In this document: piece by piece, positions 8,167 through 31,451 of the stretch
How the letters are laid out: each line of letters opens with the position of its first letter
Position numbering within the stretch: the stretch's first letter is position 1
Source of the DNA: Escherichia coli
GTDB lineage: Bacteria; Pseudomonadota; Gammaproteobacteria; Enterobacterales; Enterobacteriaceae
DNA length: 64,000 nucleotides
Direction: 5' to 3' (one strand)
NCBI RefSeq assembly: GCF_041886205.1
Contig: NZ_CP169029.1
Position numbers and translations under genes: made by a program
Notes under the pieces: model-generated
The model's input: only the letters and a program-made list of their open reading frames with translations
Database searches by the model: none
What the model was told of the DNA's origin: nothing

Positions 8167-9039
8167 TTAGCGCCCCTTCTTTTTTCGCCCCGGCGAGGTA
8201 AAACGCTTACCGTTGGACGCCGGGCGACCGCCTTTTTCCGCCGTTTTTTCCATCTTAACGACTGGGCGTTTGATGCCCGCCGTTTTCGGTTTGGCCTTCG
8301 CTTTAGGTTTTGCCTCGGAAGAGGAATTTTCGATGAGTTTAAAGAGGTCGATTAACTCATCGTCAGTTAAATCGCGCCACTCACCCAGCGGAATGCCGCT
8401 TAAACTGACGTTCATAATGCGCGTACGTTCCAGCTTTTTCACTTCGTAACCAAAGTGCTCGCACATGCGACGGATCTGACGGTTCAGCCCCTGCACCAGG
8501 GTAATGCGGAAGACAAACGGCGCTTCTTTTTTGACTTTGCACTTTTTCGTCACCGTCCCGAGGATCGGCACTCCCGCCCCCATACCACGAATAAATTCAT
8601 CGGTAATCGGTTTATCGACCGTCACCAGATACTCTTTCTCATGATCGTTACCCGCACGGAGGATCTTATTCACCAGATCGCCGTGATTGGTGAGGAAAAT
8701 CAGCCCCTGGGAGTCTTTATCCAGGCGGCCAATCGGGAACACGCGTTTGCTGTGGTTAACGAAATCGACAATGTTATCGCGCTCGCCATCTTCGGTGGTG
8801 CTGACAATACCGACGGGCTTGTTCAGGGCGATAAGTACCAAATCTTCGGCTTCCCGAGGCTCAATCAACTGACCGTTTACTTTCACAACGTCGCCGGGTT
8901 TCACCTGATCGCCAATGGTGGCTCGCTTGCCATTAAGGAACACATTGCCTTGCTCGATATAGCGATCCGCTTCGCGGCGTGAGCAAATTCCGCTTTCGCT
9001 GATGTATTTATTTAAACGGACTGATGAGTCGGGCAGCAT
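8167..9039 (-). CDS. rluF: 23S rRNA pseudouridine synthase F
   Basis: 290-aa ORF with S4 domain N-terminus ([26 protein letters not shown]) and RsuA-type catalytic core, Lys/Ala/Pro-rich basic C-terminal tail. Confidence 0.93.
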   Translation of the reverse strand: MLPDSSVRLNKYISESGICSRREADRYIEQGNVFLNGKRATIGDQVKPGDVVKVNGQLIEPREAEDLVLIALNKPVGIVSTTEDGERDNIVDFVNHSKRVFPIGRLDKDSQGLIFLTNHGDLVNKILRAGNDHEKEYLVTVDKPITDEFIRGMGAGVPILGTVTKKCKVKKEAPFVFRITLVQGLNRQIRRMCEHFGYEVKKLERTRIMNVSLSGIPLGEWRDLTDDELIDLFKLIENSSSEAKPKAKAKPKTAGIKRPVVKMEKTAEKGGRPASNGKRFTSPGRKKKGR

Positions 9040-9250
9040 AAATTCTCCTGTAAAAAACGGAATATACCGTACCTTTGGGTTGATAAAAAATAGTCATGAG
9101 CGAACTATTTGTTATTTCCATTGGCTTGAATTCGTTACCTGCTCAAATCACTTTCCAGAAGCAATGTGCGACATCGTGAGCCATGTCAGTAAGTGGTTAA
9201 ATTCGCAGTGGTAGCATGCCTTCCGTGATTTCTTACTAACCGGAGAAGTA

Positions 9251-9940
9251 ATGGAACTGCTTTTATTGAGTAACTCGACGCTGCCGGGTAAAGCCTGGCT
9301 GGAACATGCACTGCCGCTAATTGCTGAACAGTTGCAGGGTCGCCGCTCAGCGGTGTTTATCCCTTTCGCTGGCGTAACGCAGACCTGGGATGATTACACA
9401 GCGAAAACGGCTGCGGTTCTCGCTCCGCTGGGTGTTTCTGTCACCGGTATTCATAGCGTTGTCGATCCCGTTGCCGCGATTGAAAATGCTGAGATCGTGA
9501 TTGTCGGCGGCGGGAATACTTTCCAGTTGCTGAAACAGTGCCGCGAGCGCGGGCTGCTGGCACCAATTACTGACGTGGTTAAACGTGGCGCTCTGTATAT
9601 TGGCTGGAGCGCAGGCGCTAACCTTGCTTGCCCAACTATTCGTACCACCAACGATATGCCGATTGTCGATCCGCAAGGTTTCGATGCGCTAAATCTGTTC
9701 CCGCTGCAAATCAACCCGCACTTCACCAACGCGCTGCCGGAAGGCCATAAAGGTGAAACCCGTGAGCAGCGTATTCGCGAACTGCTGGTCGTCGCGCCAG
9801 AACTGACGATTATTGGTCTACCGGAAGGTAACTGGATCACAGTGAGTAAAGGTCACGCTACGCTGGGTGGCCCGAACACCACTTATGTGTTTAAGGCTGG
9901 TGAAGAAGCGGTTCCGCTGGAAGCTGGTCACCGTTTTTAA
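9251..9940 (+). CDS. pepE: Peptidase E (alpha-aspartyl dipeptidase)
   Basis: 229-aa [26 protein letters not shown]... Confidence 0.93.
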
Positions 9941-9946
9941 GTGAAT

Positions 9947-10018
9947 TGCCGGATGCATGATCCGGCATCTTGTTCATAGTGCCTGATGCGACGCTTGACG
10001 CGTCTTATCAGGCCTACA
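9947..10018. repeat. REP elements between pepE and yjbB
   Basis: GCCGGATGCATGATCCGGC hairpin followed by GCCTGATGCGACGCTTGACGCGTCTTATCAGGCCTAC REP unit. Confidence 0.75.
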
Positions 10019-10030
10019 GGATTCACAATA

Positions 10031-11662
10031 TTAATACTCGTCCCGTCCTTCATCTTCATCCGGCTGTTCCAGCACACTGTAAGCCACCGAACAAAACAGC
10101 GAGTTCAGGCGCTGCATATCTCCCAGTAAGCCTAAATGTAGCGAACTGGTTTCAATGCTCTGCACGTTTTGCTGATGCAGGCGATCGACGTGGGCGTGGG
10201 AATAGCGGCGATTAAGAATGCGAAAACGATGTTTGCTGCGACGCAAACGACGAGCGCTGGTGACATCGCCAGAGAAGAACACCGACATTGCCAGTTTTAA
10301 ATTACTGAGCAATTGCTCATAGAGCGCATCCAGTTCCTTCAAGCCATCAAGCGAAAATGCCCGCCGTGCTGCCAGCGATTTATCGGCAATTTCGCTGCCC
10401 ATGCGCTCGACGATATCGGAAGCCTGTTCAAGGTTGAGCGACATTTCGATGATCTCCGCCCAGCGGCGCGACTCTTCTTCTGCCAGTTCCTCTTTTGGCA
10501 TTCGCGCCAGATACAGCTTAATGGCGGTGTAGAGAACGTTGATATCATCTGCCAGCTTACGCAGCTCTTTCTCCTGCCGTGGCTCGCCGTGCATCACTTT
10601 ATTCAGCCCTTCCATCATCTGTTCCATGGCGTCGCCAATGCGCAGGGTTTCGCGCGCGGCGTTCGCCAGAGCAAGCGTGGGCGTATCCAGCGCGCTGACA
10701 TCCAGATGTTTAGGCCGTAGCTGGGTATCCAGTTCCGGTTCATCGCGAATAATCGTTTTGCAAAACCGTGCCATCGGGTCAACAAATGGCAGCATGACCA
10801 GGCAACGTACAAGGTTGTAGAAGACGTGGAAATAGATCACCAGTTCCGCTTTTGGCAATGACAACTTCCCCATTGTCTCTGCCAGCAAATGGACAAACGG
10901 CAGGATAATCAGGCTACCCACCAGCTTAAACAGCAGACTACCCAGCGCGACACGGCGGGCTGCGGCATTGGCGGCACTGTTGTTGAGCATCGCCAGCAGA
11001 CCGGAACCGAGGTTAGCACCAATCACCAGACAGAGCGCCACGGGGAAGGAGATAATGCCTGCGGCGGTCAGAGTCGCGGTCAGCAGTACAGCAGCAAGGC
11101 TGGAGTAGCTGATAATGGCGAACATCGCGCCAATCAGCGCATCCAGCAGAATATCGCCGGTCAGCGAGGCAAAGATCACCTGAACGCCGTTTGCCTGGGT
11201 GATCGGCGTTACGGCCTGCACAATCAACTCCAGCGCTAGCAAAATCAGCCCAAGACCAATACCGACGCGGCCCAGTTGCCCGGCGCGTGACTGTTTGCGT
11301 CCGAGGAAAAAAATCACGCCGATAAAAATAAGTAACGGTGACAGCCAGGATAAGTCGAAGGTGAGAATACGCGCCATTAGCGCCGTCCCGACATCTGCCC
11401 CCAGCACAATGACCAGAGCCGGTGCGAGGGCTACCAGATCCTGAGCGACGAACGAGGTCACCAGCATGGTGGTGGCATTACTGCTCTGTACAAGTGCGGT
11501 AACGCCGATCCCCGCGCAAAAGGCGAGCGGCTTTTTTTCGACGCTCCGGCTAAGGACAGTACGCAAACGCGCGCCGAAGACGCGCATTACGCCGGTTCGA
11601 ACAATATGAGTCCCCCAGACCAGCAGGGCGACGGCAGAAAGCAGGTGAAGCAGCGTTAACAC
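10031..11662 (-). CDS. yjbB: Na+/phosphate cotransporter family membrane protein
   Basis: 543-aa ORF, hydrophobic N-terminal half with multiple TM segments and PhoU-like C-terminal half; GTG start at 11660-11662. Confidence 0.9.
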   Translation of the reverse strand: MLTLLHLLSAVALLVWGTHIVRTGVMRVFGARLRTVLSRSVEKKPLAFCAGIGVTALVQSSNATTMLVTSFVAQDLVALAPALVIVLGADVGTALMARILTFDLSWLSPLLIFIGVIFFLGRKQSRAGQLGRVGIGLGLILLALELIVQAVTPITQANGVQVIFASLTGDILLDALIGAMFAIISYSSLAAVLLTATLTAAGIISFPVALCLVIGANLGSGLLAMLNNSAANAAARRVALGSLLFKLVGSLIILPFVHLLAETMGKLSLPKAELVIYFHVFYNLVRCLVMLPFVDPMARFCKTIIRDEPELDTQLRPKHLDVSALDTPTLALANAARETLRIGDAMEQMMEGLNKVMHGEPRQEKELRKLADDINVLYTAIKLYLARMPKEELAEEESRRWAEIIEMSLNLEQASDIVERMGSEIADKSLAARRAFSLDGLKELDALYEQLLSNLKLAMSVFFSGDVTSARRLRRSKHRFRILNRRYSHAHVDRLHQQNVQSIETSSLHLGLLGDMQRLNSLFCSVAYSVLEQPDEDEGRDEY

Positions 11663-11881
11663 GAGTTCAGGTTCTCCTTATCGTTATATGTTCCTGAAGC
11701 AATTGAATGACCAAAGGACCGGAAACACGCTGACTGGCATCTTTACTGTGCCTTTTGACATTCGTTTTTCCGGCTAAGATTATTCCAGCCTGTTTCCAGT
11801 ATAAGTGTTTCATATTAATAAAGAGACAGGGCACTCATTGAGCGCCCTGTTTGTTGTAAGGAAAAGTGACAGATTTGTGAA

Positions 11882-15565
<3,684 letters not shown>

Positions 15566-15764
15566 ACTTGCTCCCGACACGCTCAACCCAGATTTAATAA
15601 AAATTCAACAAACCATACTGGCATAAACGCATCTGTGGTAAAAGCGACCACCACGCAACATGAGATTTGTTCAACATTAACTCATCGGATCAGTTCAGCA
15701 ACTATTGCATTAGCTAACAATAAAAATGAAAATGATTTCCACGATACAGAAAAAGGAGACTGTC

Positions 15765-16589
15765 ATGGTCGCACCCATTCCCGCGAAACGCGGCAGAAAA
15801 CCCGCCGTTGCCACCGCACCAGCGACTGGACAGGTTCAGTCTTTAACGCGTGGCCTGAAATTACTGGAGTGGATTGCCGAATCCAATGGCAGTGTGGCAC
15901 TCACGGAACTGGCGCAACAAGCCGGGTTACCCAATTCCACGACCCACCGCCTGCTAACCACGATGCAACAGCAGGGTTTCGTGCGTCAGGTTGGCGAACT
16001 GGGACACTGGGCAATCGGCGCACATGCCTTTATGGTCGGCAGCAGCTTTCTCCAGAGCCGTAATTTGTTAGCAATTGTTCACCCTATCCTGCGCAATTTA
16101 ATGGAAGAGTCTGGCGAAACGGTCAATATGGCGGTGCTTGATCAAAGCGATCACGAAGCGATTATTATCGACCAGGTACAGTGTACGCATCTGATGCGAA
16201 TGTCCGCGCCTATCGGCGGTAAATTGCCGATGCACGCTTCCGGTGCGGGTAAAGCCTTTTTAGCCCAACTGAGCGAAGAACAGGTGACGAAGCTGCTGCA
16301 CCGCAAAGGGTTACATGCCTATACCCACGCAACGCTGGTGTCTCCTGTGCATTTAAAAGAAGATCTCGCCCAAACGCGCAAACGGGGCTATTCATTTGAC
16401 GATGAGGAACATGCACTGGGGCTACGTTGCCTTGCAGCGTGTATTTTCGATGAGCACCGTGAACCGTTTGCCGCAATTTCTATTTCCGGACCGATTTCAC
16501 GTATTACCGATGACCGCGTGACCGAGTTTGGCGCGATGGTGATTAAAGCGGCGAAGGAAGTGACGCTGGCGTACGGTGGAATGCGCTGA
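15765..16589 (+). CDS. iclR: IclR transcriptional repressor of the glyoxylate shunt
   Basis: 274-aa product MVAPIPAKRGRKPAV..., ATG at 15765 with AAGGAG at 15753-15758. Confidence 0.95.
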   Translation: MVAPIPAKRGRKPAVATAPATGQVQSLTRGLKLLEWIAESNGSVALTELAQQAGLPNSTTHRLLTTMQQQGFVRQVGELGHWAIGAHAFMVGSSFLQSRNLLAIVHPILRNLMEESGETVNMAVLDQSDHEAIIIDQVQCTHLMRMSAPIGGKLPMHASGAGKAFLAQLSEEQVTKLLHRKGLHAYTHATLVSPVHLKEDLAQTRKRGYSFDDEEHALGLRCLAACIFDEHREPFAAISISGPISRITDDRVTEFGAMVIKAAKEVTLAYGGMR

Positions 16590-16905
16590 CTTTTTCTGGC
16601 GGGCAGAGGCAATATTCTGCCCATCATACCTGAGTGGCAATAGAATAAGGGTGTCTGTTAATCGCATTGACGCCAAAATAACTTAATGTCATACACTTCA
16701 CACACTTTTATTAACTCAGCATTATTTTTAAACATCAAACCACTTAATTATTAACAAAATCGCAAGATCTCATTCCACCGAAACTTTTACGGCTGCATTA
16801 TGAGATTGAGCGATTTATGATATTTCTTTAGTTGTAATCATATTAAATTTTTTCACTGTTCTGATAGTTAAAATTCAAGACATCAATAAATAATGAGATA
16901 TTTAA

Positions 16906-20797
<3,892 letters not shown>

Positions 20798-20825
20798 TTA
20801 GCGCCCTCATCAGGAGCAGAGAATT

Positions 20826-20959
20826 GCCGGATGCGGCGTAAACGCCTTATCCAGCCTACGTTCGGCAACGGTTGTAGGCATGATAAGACGCGCAAGCGTC
20901 GCATCAGGCATCGTGCACCGATTGCCGGATGCGGCGTAAATGCCTTATCCGGCCTACAG
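20826..20959. repeat. BIME/REP cluster in the aceA-aceK intergenic region
   Basis: Three REP units (20826-20860, 20872-20912, 20924-20959) in alternating orientation. Confidence 0.85.
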
Positions 20960-20979
20960 TCAGCAACGGTTGTTGTTGC

Positions 20980-22284
20980 TTAGAACTGCGATTCTTCGGT
21001 GGAGCCGGTCAGCGCTGTAACCGACGACGTGCCGCCCTGAATAATAGTCGTCACTTTATCGAAGTAACCTGTACCCACTTCCTGCTGGTGAGATACGAAG
21101 GTATAGCCATCTTTCGCGGCGGCAAATTCCGGCTGCTGCACTTTCTCAACGTAGTGCTTCATACCCTCGCCCTGGGCATAGGCGTTTGCCAGGTCAAACA
21201 TGTTGAACCACATGCTGTGGATACCTGCCAGGGTGATGAACTGGAACTTGTAACCCATATCCGACAGCTGCTGCTGGAAGCTGGCAATAGTTTTGTCGTC
21301 GAGGTTTTTCTGCCAGTTGAACGACGGTGAGCAGTTATAAGCCAGCAGTTTGCCCGGATATTTCGCGTGGATGGCTTGTGCAAAGCGACGCGCCAGTTCC
21401 AGATCCGGCGTGGAGGTTTCACACCATACCAGGTCAGCATATGGCGCATACGCCAGGCCACGGCTGATCGCTTGCTCAATGCCCGCATGAGTACGGAAGA
21501 AGCCTTCACTGGTACGTTCGCCGGTAATAAATTCGCTGTCATACGGGTCGCAATCGGAGGTGATCAGATCCGCCGCATCAGCATCGGTACGTGCAACCAG
21601 CAGGGTTGGAACGCCCGTCACGTCAGCTGCCAGACGCGCCGCGACCAGTTTCTGAATAGCTTCCTGAGTTGGCACCAAAACTTTGCCGCCCATGTGACCG
21701 CATTTCTTCACTGATGCCAGCTGATCTTCGAAGTGAACTGCCGCTGCACCGGCTTCAATCATCGCTTTCATCAGTTCAAAGGCATTCAGGACACCGCCAA
21801 AACCGGCTTCCGCATCGGCAACGATCGGCAGGAAGTAATCGACATAGCGCGGATCGCCCGGCTCAATGCCCGCGGACCATTGGATCTGATCCGCACGGCG
21901 GAAAGTATTGTTGATCCGCTCCACCACAGCTGGCACCGAGTTTGCCGGATAGAGCGACTGATCCGGATACATGCTGGCCGCCAGGTTAGCGTCCGCCGCT
22001 ACCTGCCATCCCGACAGATAGACTGCTTCAATACCCGCTTTCGCCTGTTGCAGCGCCTGACCGCCAGTCAGTGCACCGAGGCTGTTGATGTAGCCTTTTT
22101 TCGACTCGCCGTGCAGCAGACGCCACATTTTCGCCGCGCCCAGTTGCGCCAGGGTGCATTCAGGATTGACTGAACCGCGTAATTTCACCACATCTTCCGC
22201 GCTGTATGGGCGAGTAATGCCTTCCCAACGCGGTTGAGTCCACTCTTTCTGTAATTCTTCAATTTGTTGTGTACGGGTTTTCAT
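20980..22284 (-). CDS. aceA: Isocitrate lyase
   Basis: 434-aa product [27 protein letters not shown]..., ATG at 22282-22284. Confidence 0.97.
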   Translation of the reverse strand: MKTRTQQIEELQKEWTQPRWEGITRPYSAEDVVKLRGSVNPECTLAQLGAAKMWRLLHGESKKGYINSLGALTGGQALQQAKAGIEAVYLSGWQVAADANLAASMYPDQSLYPANSVPAVVERINNTFRRADQIQWSAGIEPGDPRYVDYFLPIVADAEAGFGGVLNAFELMKAMIEAGAAAVHFEDQLASVKKCGHMGGKVLVPTQEAIQKLVAARLAADVTGVPTLLVARTDADAADLITSDCDPYDSEFITGERTSEGFFRTHAGIEQAISRGLAYAPYADLVWCETSTPDLELARRFAQAIHAKYPGKLLAYNCSPSFNWQKNLDDKTIASFQQQLSDMGYKFQFITLAGIHSMWFNMFDLANAYAQGEGMKHYVEKVQQPEFAAAKDGYTFVSHQQEVGTGYFDKVTTIIQGGTSSVTALTGSTEESQF

Positions 22285-22313
22285 GTGCAGATGCTCCATA
22301 GTTATGTGGTGGT

Positions 22314-23915
22314 TTACGCTAACAGGCGGTAGCCTGGCAGGGTCAGGAAATCTATTAACTCATCGGAAGTGGTGATCTGTTCCATCAAGCGTGCGGCATC
22401 GTCAAAACGCCCCTGGGAGAAACGTTCTTCGCCCAATTCGCTAGCAATGACTTTCATCTCTTCGTCCAGCATCTGGCGGAACAAGGCTTTGGTAACCGGT
22501 TTGCCATTGCTCAACGTTTTTTGATGATGGATCCACTGCCAGATTGAGGTACGGGAAATTTCAGCCGTCGCCGCATCTTCCATCAGGCCATAAATCGGCA
22601 CACAGCCGTTGCCGGATATCCATGCTTCGATGTACTGCACAGCCACGCGAATGTTGGCGCGCATACCTTCTTCGGTGCGTTCACCATCACAAGGTGCCAG
22701 CAGCTGATCGGCAGTAATCGGCGCGTCTTGTTCGCGCATCACTTCAAGCTGATTTTTACGGGAGCCGAGAATGTCGTTGAATACCGCCATTGCCGTGTCC
22801 GCAAGGCCTGGGTGAGCGATCCATGTGCCATCGTGACCGTTATTGGCTTCCAGCGATTTATCCGCTTTTACTTTGTTGAGCACCTGGTTATTGCGCTCTT
22901 CATCTTTGCTCGGAATAAATGCCGCCATGCCGCCCATCGCAAAAGCACCGCGTTTATGACACGTTTTGATTAACAGGCGTGAGTAAGCATTCAGGAAGGG
23001 TTTATCCATCGTCACTGCCTGTCTGTCTGGCAGGACGCGATCGGGATAGTTTTTCAACGTTTTGATATAACTGAAGATGTAATCCCAACGACCGCAGTTC
23101 AGACCAACAATATGGTCACGCAGCGCGTGAAGGATTTCATCCATCTGGAACACGGCGGGCAGCGTTTCAATCAGCAACGTCGCCTTGATGGTGCCGCGCG
23201 GCAGATTAAAGCGATCTTCTGCATAGCTGAAGACTTCGCTCCACCAGGCCGCTTCCTGCCAGGACTGGGTTTTCGGCAAATAGAAATAGGGACCGCTGCC
23301 CTTTGCCAACAGTGCCTGATAGTTGTGGAAGAAATAGAGCGCAAAATCAAACAGGCTACCGGGGATTGCCTCACCACGCCAGGTGACATGTTTTTCCGGC
23401 AAGTGCAGACCGCGTACCCGACAAATCAAAACCGCTGGATTGGGCTTGAGCTGATAAATTTTGCCTGCTTCATTGGTATAGCTGATGGTGCCGTTAACTG
23501 CATCACGCAGGTTAATTTGCCCGTCGATCACTTTGTTCCAGTCCGGGGCCAGTGAATCTTCGAAATCGGCCATAAAGACTTTCACATTGGCGTTGAGCGC
23601 GTTGATCACCATCTTGCGCTCTACCGGGCCAGTTATCTCTACTCGACGATCTTCTAAGTCCGCAGGAATCCCGCGAACTTTCCAGTTAGCATCACGAATG
23701 GAAGCTGTTTCCGAAATAAAATCAGGCAACGTTCCGTTATCAATATCTTGCTGCTGCTGAATGCGCGCTGCCAGAAGTTTATTGCGTTGTGGCGTAAAAT
23801 GCGTCACCAGCTCAGTCAGAAATTCTACCGCTTCGGCAGTAAGAATTTGCTTCTCCTGTTCGCCATACGGCCTTGTGAAAGCCAGTTCATCGGTTGTTGT
23901 TGCCTGTTCAGTCAT
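22314..23915 (-). CDS. aceB: Malate synthase A
   Basis: 533-aa product [23 protein letters not shown]..., ATG at 23913-23915 with GAGGAG Shine-Dalgarno. Confidence 0.97.
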   Translation of the reverse strand: MTEQATTTDELAFTRPYGEQEKQILTAEAVEFLTELVTHFTPQRNKLLAARIQQQQDIDNGTLPDFISETASIRDANWKVRGIPADLEDRRVEITGPVERKMVINALNANVKVFMADFEDSLAPDWNKVIDGQINLRDAVNGTISYTNEAGKIYQLKPNPAVLICRVRGLHLPEKHVTWRGEAIPGSLFDFALYFFHNYQALLAKGSGPYFYLPKTQSWQEAAWWSEVFSYAEDRFNLPRGTIKATLLIETLPAVFQMDEILHALRDHIVGLNCGRWDYIFSYIKTLKNYPDRVLPDRQAVTMDKPFLNAYSRLLIKTCHKRGAFAMGGMAAFIPSKDEERNNQVLNKVKADKSLEANNGHDGTWIAHPGLADTAMAVFNDILGSRKNQLEVMREQDAPITADQLLAPCDGERTEEGMRANIRVAVQYIEAWISGNGCVPIYGLMEDAATAEISRTSIWQWIHHQKTLSNGKPVTKALFRQMLDEEMKVIASELGEERFSQGRFDDAARLMEQITTSDELIDFLTLPGYRLLA

Positions 23916-24114
23916 CGTGCAGCTCCTCGTCATGGATCCGAAAACTTCCCCACTGTGAACGAAGGATCGTTGTGCGCTTTTCGTTCAGCACAACTAAGAC
24001 TACTCATTTAAAAATCAAAATCAAAAACAATTTCCATTTTAATTAAAAATACTTAATAACTTATTGATAACAATATGAATAAAATTTATTCACCTGATGA
24101 GGTGCATTTCGGAA

Positions 24115-24138
24115 ATAAAAAAGGCACCCGAAGGTGCC
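24115..24138 (-). terminator. Rho-independent terminator downstream of metA
   Basis: GGCACC-CGAA-GGTGCC hairpin (24123-24138) followed on the minus strand by a T-run (A-run 24113-24122 on plus strand). Confidence 0.7.
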
Positions 24139-24183
24139 TGAGGTAAGGTGCTGAATCGCTTAACGATCGACTATCACAGAAGA

Positions 24184-25113
24184 TTAATCCAGCGTTGGAT
24201 TCATGTGCCGTAGATCGTATGGCGTAATCTGGTAGACGTAATAGTTGAGCCAGTTGGTAAATAGCAAATTACCGTGACTACGCCAGCTCGCTCGCGGTGT
24301 ATTTTGCGGATCATTGTGCGGGAAATAGTTATACGGTACATCCGGGTCTAGTCCAGCTTCCAAATCGCGGAAAAATTCCTGCGCCAGCGTTTGCGCATCA
24401 TATTCGGGATGGCCCGTCACAAAGGCAATGCGCTTATCTTTGCTGGCAAACAGATATGCATCCCCTTCTTCCGTCTCTGCCAGAATTTCCAGATCGGTGT
24501 AATCACGAATCAACGATGCCGGAAAGTCAGCATAGCGCGAATGCGGTGCCAGGAATGAATCATCAAAGCCACGCGTCAGAAGCGCATGAGGATGGAGAAT
24601 ATGATGCTCGTAAACGCCAGAGAGTTTGTCGGTGCGGGTTTGCTTAGGAATGCCGTAGAGGATATTGAGCGCGGCCTGTACCGCCCAGCAGACAAACAGC
24701 GTCGAGGTGACGTGATCTTTCGACCACTCCAGCACCTGTTTGATCTGCGGCCAGTAAGCGACATCATTAAACTCCACCAGGCCCAGCGGCGCGCCGGTAA
24801 CTATCAGACCGTCAAAGTTTTGTTCCTGAATATCTTCAAAGTTACAGTAGAAGTTGTTCAGATGCTCTGCGGGCGTGTTGCGCGATTCACGGGAATCGAT
24901 GCGCAACAGCTGAATATCGACCTGTAAGGGCGAGTTTGAAAGCAGGCGCAGAAACTGATTTTCAGTTTCAATCTTCTTCGGCATCAGGTTAAGGATCAGA
25001 ACCTTAAGTGGACGAATTTCCTGACCAGACGCACGAGAAGTTGTCATCACAAAGACGTTTTCTTCACGCAAGAAATTGACGGCGGGTAGCTCGTCCGGCA
25101 CACGAATAGGCAT
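24184..25113 (-). CDS. metA: Homoserine O-succinyltransferase
   Basis: 309-aa [31 protein letters not shown]... Confidence 0.95.
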   Translation of the reverse strand: MPIRVPDELPAVNFLREENVFVMTTSRASGQEIRPLKVLILNLMPKKIETENQFLRLLSNSPLQVDIQLLRIDSRESRNTPAEHLNNFYCNFEDIQEQNFDGLIVTGAPLGLVEFNDVAYWPQIKQVLEWSKDHVTSTLFVCWAVQAALNILYGIPKQTRTDKLSGVYEHHILHPHALLTRGFDDSFLAPHSRYADFPASLIRDYTDLEILAETEEGDAYLFASKDKRIAFVTGHPEYDAQTLAQEFFRDLEAGLDPDVPYNYFPHNDPQNTPRASWRSHGNLLFTNWLNYYVYQITPYDLRHMNPTLD

Positions 25114-25269
25114 AACCTGATTACCTCACTACATACGCTTATACGTTTAGACATCCAGATAGCTGAAGATAACCAGAAAATTTGCCAATGTCGAGCCTGC
25201 ATGTTGAAGGTGAGAAAGTTTCAAGGAAAAGACTACGTTAGAATATAAGAATGACTAAAAGGAGAGAAA

Positions 25270-25713
25270 ATGGTTATTAGTATTCGCCGCTCACGGCATG
25301 AGGAAGGGGAGGAACTCGTTGCGATTTGGTGTCGATCTGTCGATGCCACTCACGATTTTTTATCAGCAGAGTATCGGGCCGAGCTGGAGGAGCTGGTTCG
25401 TTCCTTTCTGCCGGAAGCACCGTTGTGGGTCGCGGTTAATGAGCGGGAACAGCCGGTTGGGTTTATGTTGTTAAGTGGGCAGCATATGGATGCGCTATTT
25501 ATCGATCCTGAGGTGCGCGGCTGCGGCGTGGGTCGGATGCTGGTGGAGCATGCGCTCTCGATGGCACCGGAACTGACAACCAACGTTAATGAGCAAAATG
25601 AGCAGGCGGTTGGGTTCTATAAGAAGGTGGGTTTTAAGGTTACGGGACGCTCTGAGGTGGACGATTTGGGGAAACCGTATCCGTTGCTGAATCTGGCGTA
25701 TGTGGAGGAATAA
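25270..25713 (+). CDS. yjaB: GNAT-family N-acetyltransferase
   Basis: 147-aa ORF with acetyl-CoA binding motif (RGCGVGRMLVEHAL). Confidence 0.85.
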   Translation: MVISIRRSRHEEGEELVAIWCRSVDATHDFLSAEYRAELEELVRSFLPEAPLWVAVNEREQPVGFMLLSGQHMDALFIDPEVRGCGVGRMLVEHALSMAPELTTNVNEQNEQAVGFYKKVGFKVTGRSEVDDLGKPYPLLNLAYVEE

Positions 25714-25786
25714 GCTGCCCCTGCCGTGCCTGCCCAAGCTGGAGAAGACGCGCCAGCGTCGCACCCGGCATTTTTTTCACCAACGC

Positions 25787-25812
25787 AAAAAGGCCATCCG
25801 TCAGGATGGCCT
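25787..25812 (-). terminator. rrnE operon terminator
   Basis: AGGCCATCC-GTCA-GGATGGCCT hairpin immediately 3' of 5S rRNA, followed on the minus strand by TTTTT. Confidence 0.8.
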
Positions 25813-25825
25813 TCTGCTTAATTTG

Positions 25826-25945
25826 ATGCCTGGCAGTTCCCTACTCTCGCATGGGGAGACCCCACACTACCATCGGCGCTACGGCGTTTCACTTCTGAGT
25901 TCGGCATGGGGTCAGGTGGGACCACCGCGCTACGGCCGCCAGGCA
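25826..25945 (-). rRNA. rrfE: 5S ribosomal RNA
   Basis: 120-nt exact-looking match to E. coli 5S (reverse complement starts ATGCCTGGCAGTTCCCTACTCTCGCATGGGGAGACC...). Confidence 0.98.
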
Positions 25946-26037
25946 AATTCTTTTTTATCAGACCGCTTCTGCGTTCTGATTTAATCTGTATCAGGCTGAA
26001 AATCTTCTCTCATCCGCCAAAACACCTTCGGCGTTGT

Positions 26038-28941
<2,904 letters not shown>

Positions 28942-29134
28942 TCACAACCCGAAGATGTTTCTTACGATTCATCATCGTGTTGCGAAAATTTGAGAGACTC
29001 ACGAACAACTTTCGTTGTTCAGTGTTTCAATTTTCAGCTTGATCCAGATTTTTAAAGAGCAAATATCTCAAACATCACCCGAAGATGAGTTTTGAGATAT
29101 TAAGGCAGGTGACTTTCACTCACAAACCAGCAAG

Positions 29135-29210
29135 TGGCGTCCCCTAGGGGATTCGAACCCCTGTTACCGCCGTGAAAGGGCGGTGTCCTGGGCCTCTAGA
29201 CGAAGGGGAC
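29135..29210 (-). tRNA. gltV: tRNA-Glu (UUC) in the 16S-23S spacer
   Basis: 76-nt match to GTCCCCTTCGTCTAGAGGCCCAGGACACCGCCCTTTCACGGCGGTAACAGGGGTTCGAATCCCCTAGGGGACGCCA (reverse complement). Confidence 0.97.
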
Positions 29211-29295
29211 GTATCAGTCTGCTTCGCAAGACGCCTTGCTTTTCACTTTCTATCAGACAATCTGTGTGAGCACTGCAAAGAACGCTTCTTTAAGG

Positions 29296-30837
<1,542 letters not shown>

Positions 30838-31018
30838 AAAAGTTTGATGCTCAAAGAATTAAACTTCGTAATGAATTACGTGTTCACTCTTGAGACTTGG
30901 TATTCATTTTTCGTCTTGCGACGTTAAGAATCCGTATCTTCGAGTGCCCACACAGATTGTCTGATAAATTGTTAAAGAGCAGTTGCGACGCGCTTTAGCG
31001 CACTGTCGCGAGGTGGCG

Positions 31019-31047
31019 TATATTACGCTTTCCTCTTTCAGAGTCAA
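31019..31047 (-). promoter_or_regulatory. rrnE P2 promoter
   Basis: On the minus strand TTGACT - 16 bp - TAATAT followed by GC-rich discriminator (ACGCCACC), about 185 bp upstream of the mature 16S 5' end. Confidence 0.6.
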
Positions 31048-31129
31048 CCCTGAATTTCAGGATTTTTCTCTTCAACCGAACCGGCTGTTTGTGTGAAGTG
31101 ATTCACATCCGCCGTGTCGATGGAGGCGC

Positions 31130-31200
31130 ATTATAGGGAGTTCTCCGCAGGCCGCAATAGAAAAATTGCAGAAAAATGACTGACTGCTGCATTCCCCAGC
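31130..31200 (-). promoter_or_regulatory. rrnE P1 promoter with AT-rich UP-element region
   Basis: On the minus strand TTGCGG - 16 bp - TATAAT then GCGCCTCC discriminator; AT-rich tract (CATTTTTCTGCAATTTTTCTAT) immediately upstream. Confidence 0.6.
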
Positions 31201-31328
31201 AAAAGCCCGCTTTATACCTTTTTACGCACAGAGTTATCCACAATCATCAATGTAATTTCTGTATTTTGCCCACGGTAACCACAGTCAAAATTGTGATCAC
31301 CATTGAAAGAGAAAAATTCGCGAGCGTT

Positions 31329-31344
31329 GCGCAAACGTTTTCGT
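31329..31344. promoter_or_regulatory. PurR operator upstream of purHD
   Basis: GCGCAAACGTTTTCGT matches the PurR box consensus (ACGCAAACGTTTTCNT-like palindrome). Confidence 0.6.
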
Positions 31345-31451
31345 TACAATGCGGGCGAAAAATAAGGATGCCCCGTTAGGGGCGTTAGCTGAGTTTTTCG
31401 CGAAAAATTCAGCTAACGCTCTCTGTAATAGTCAAATCCAGGGGATTTACC

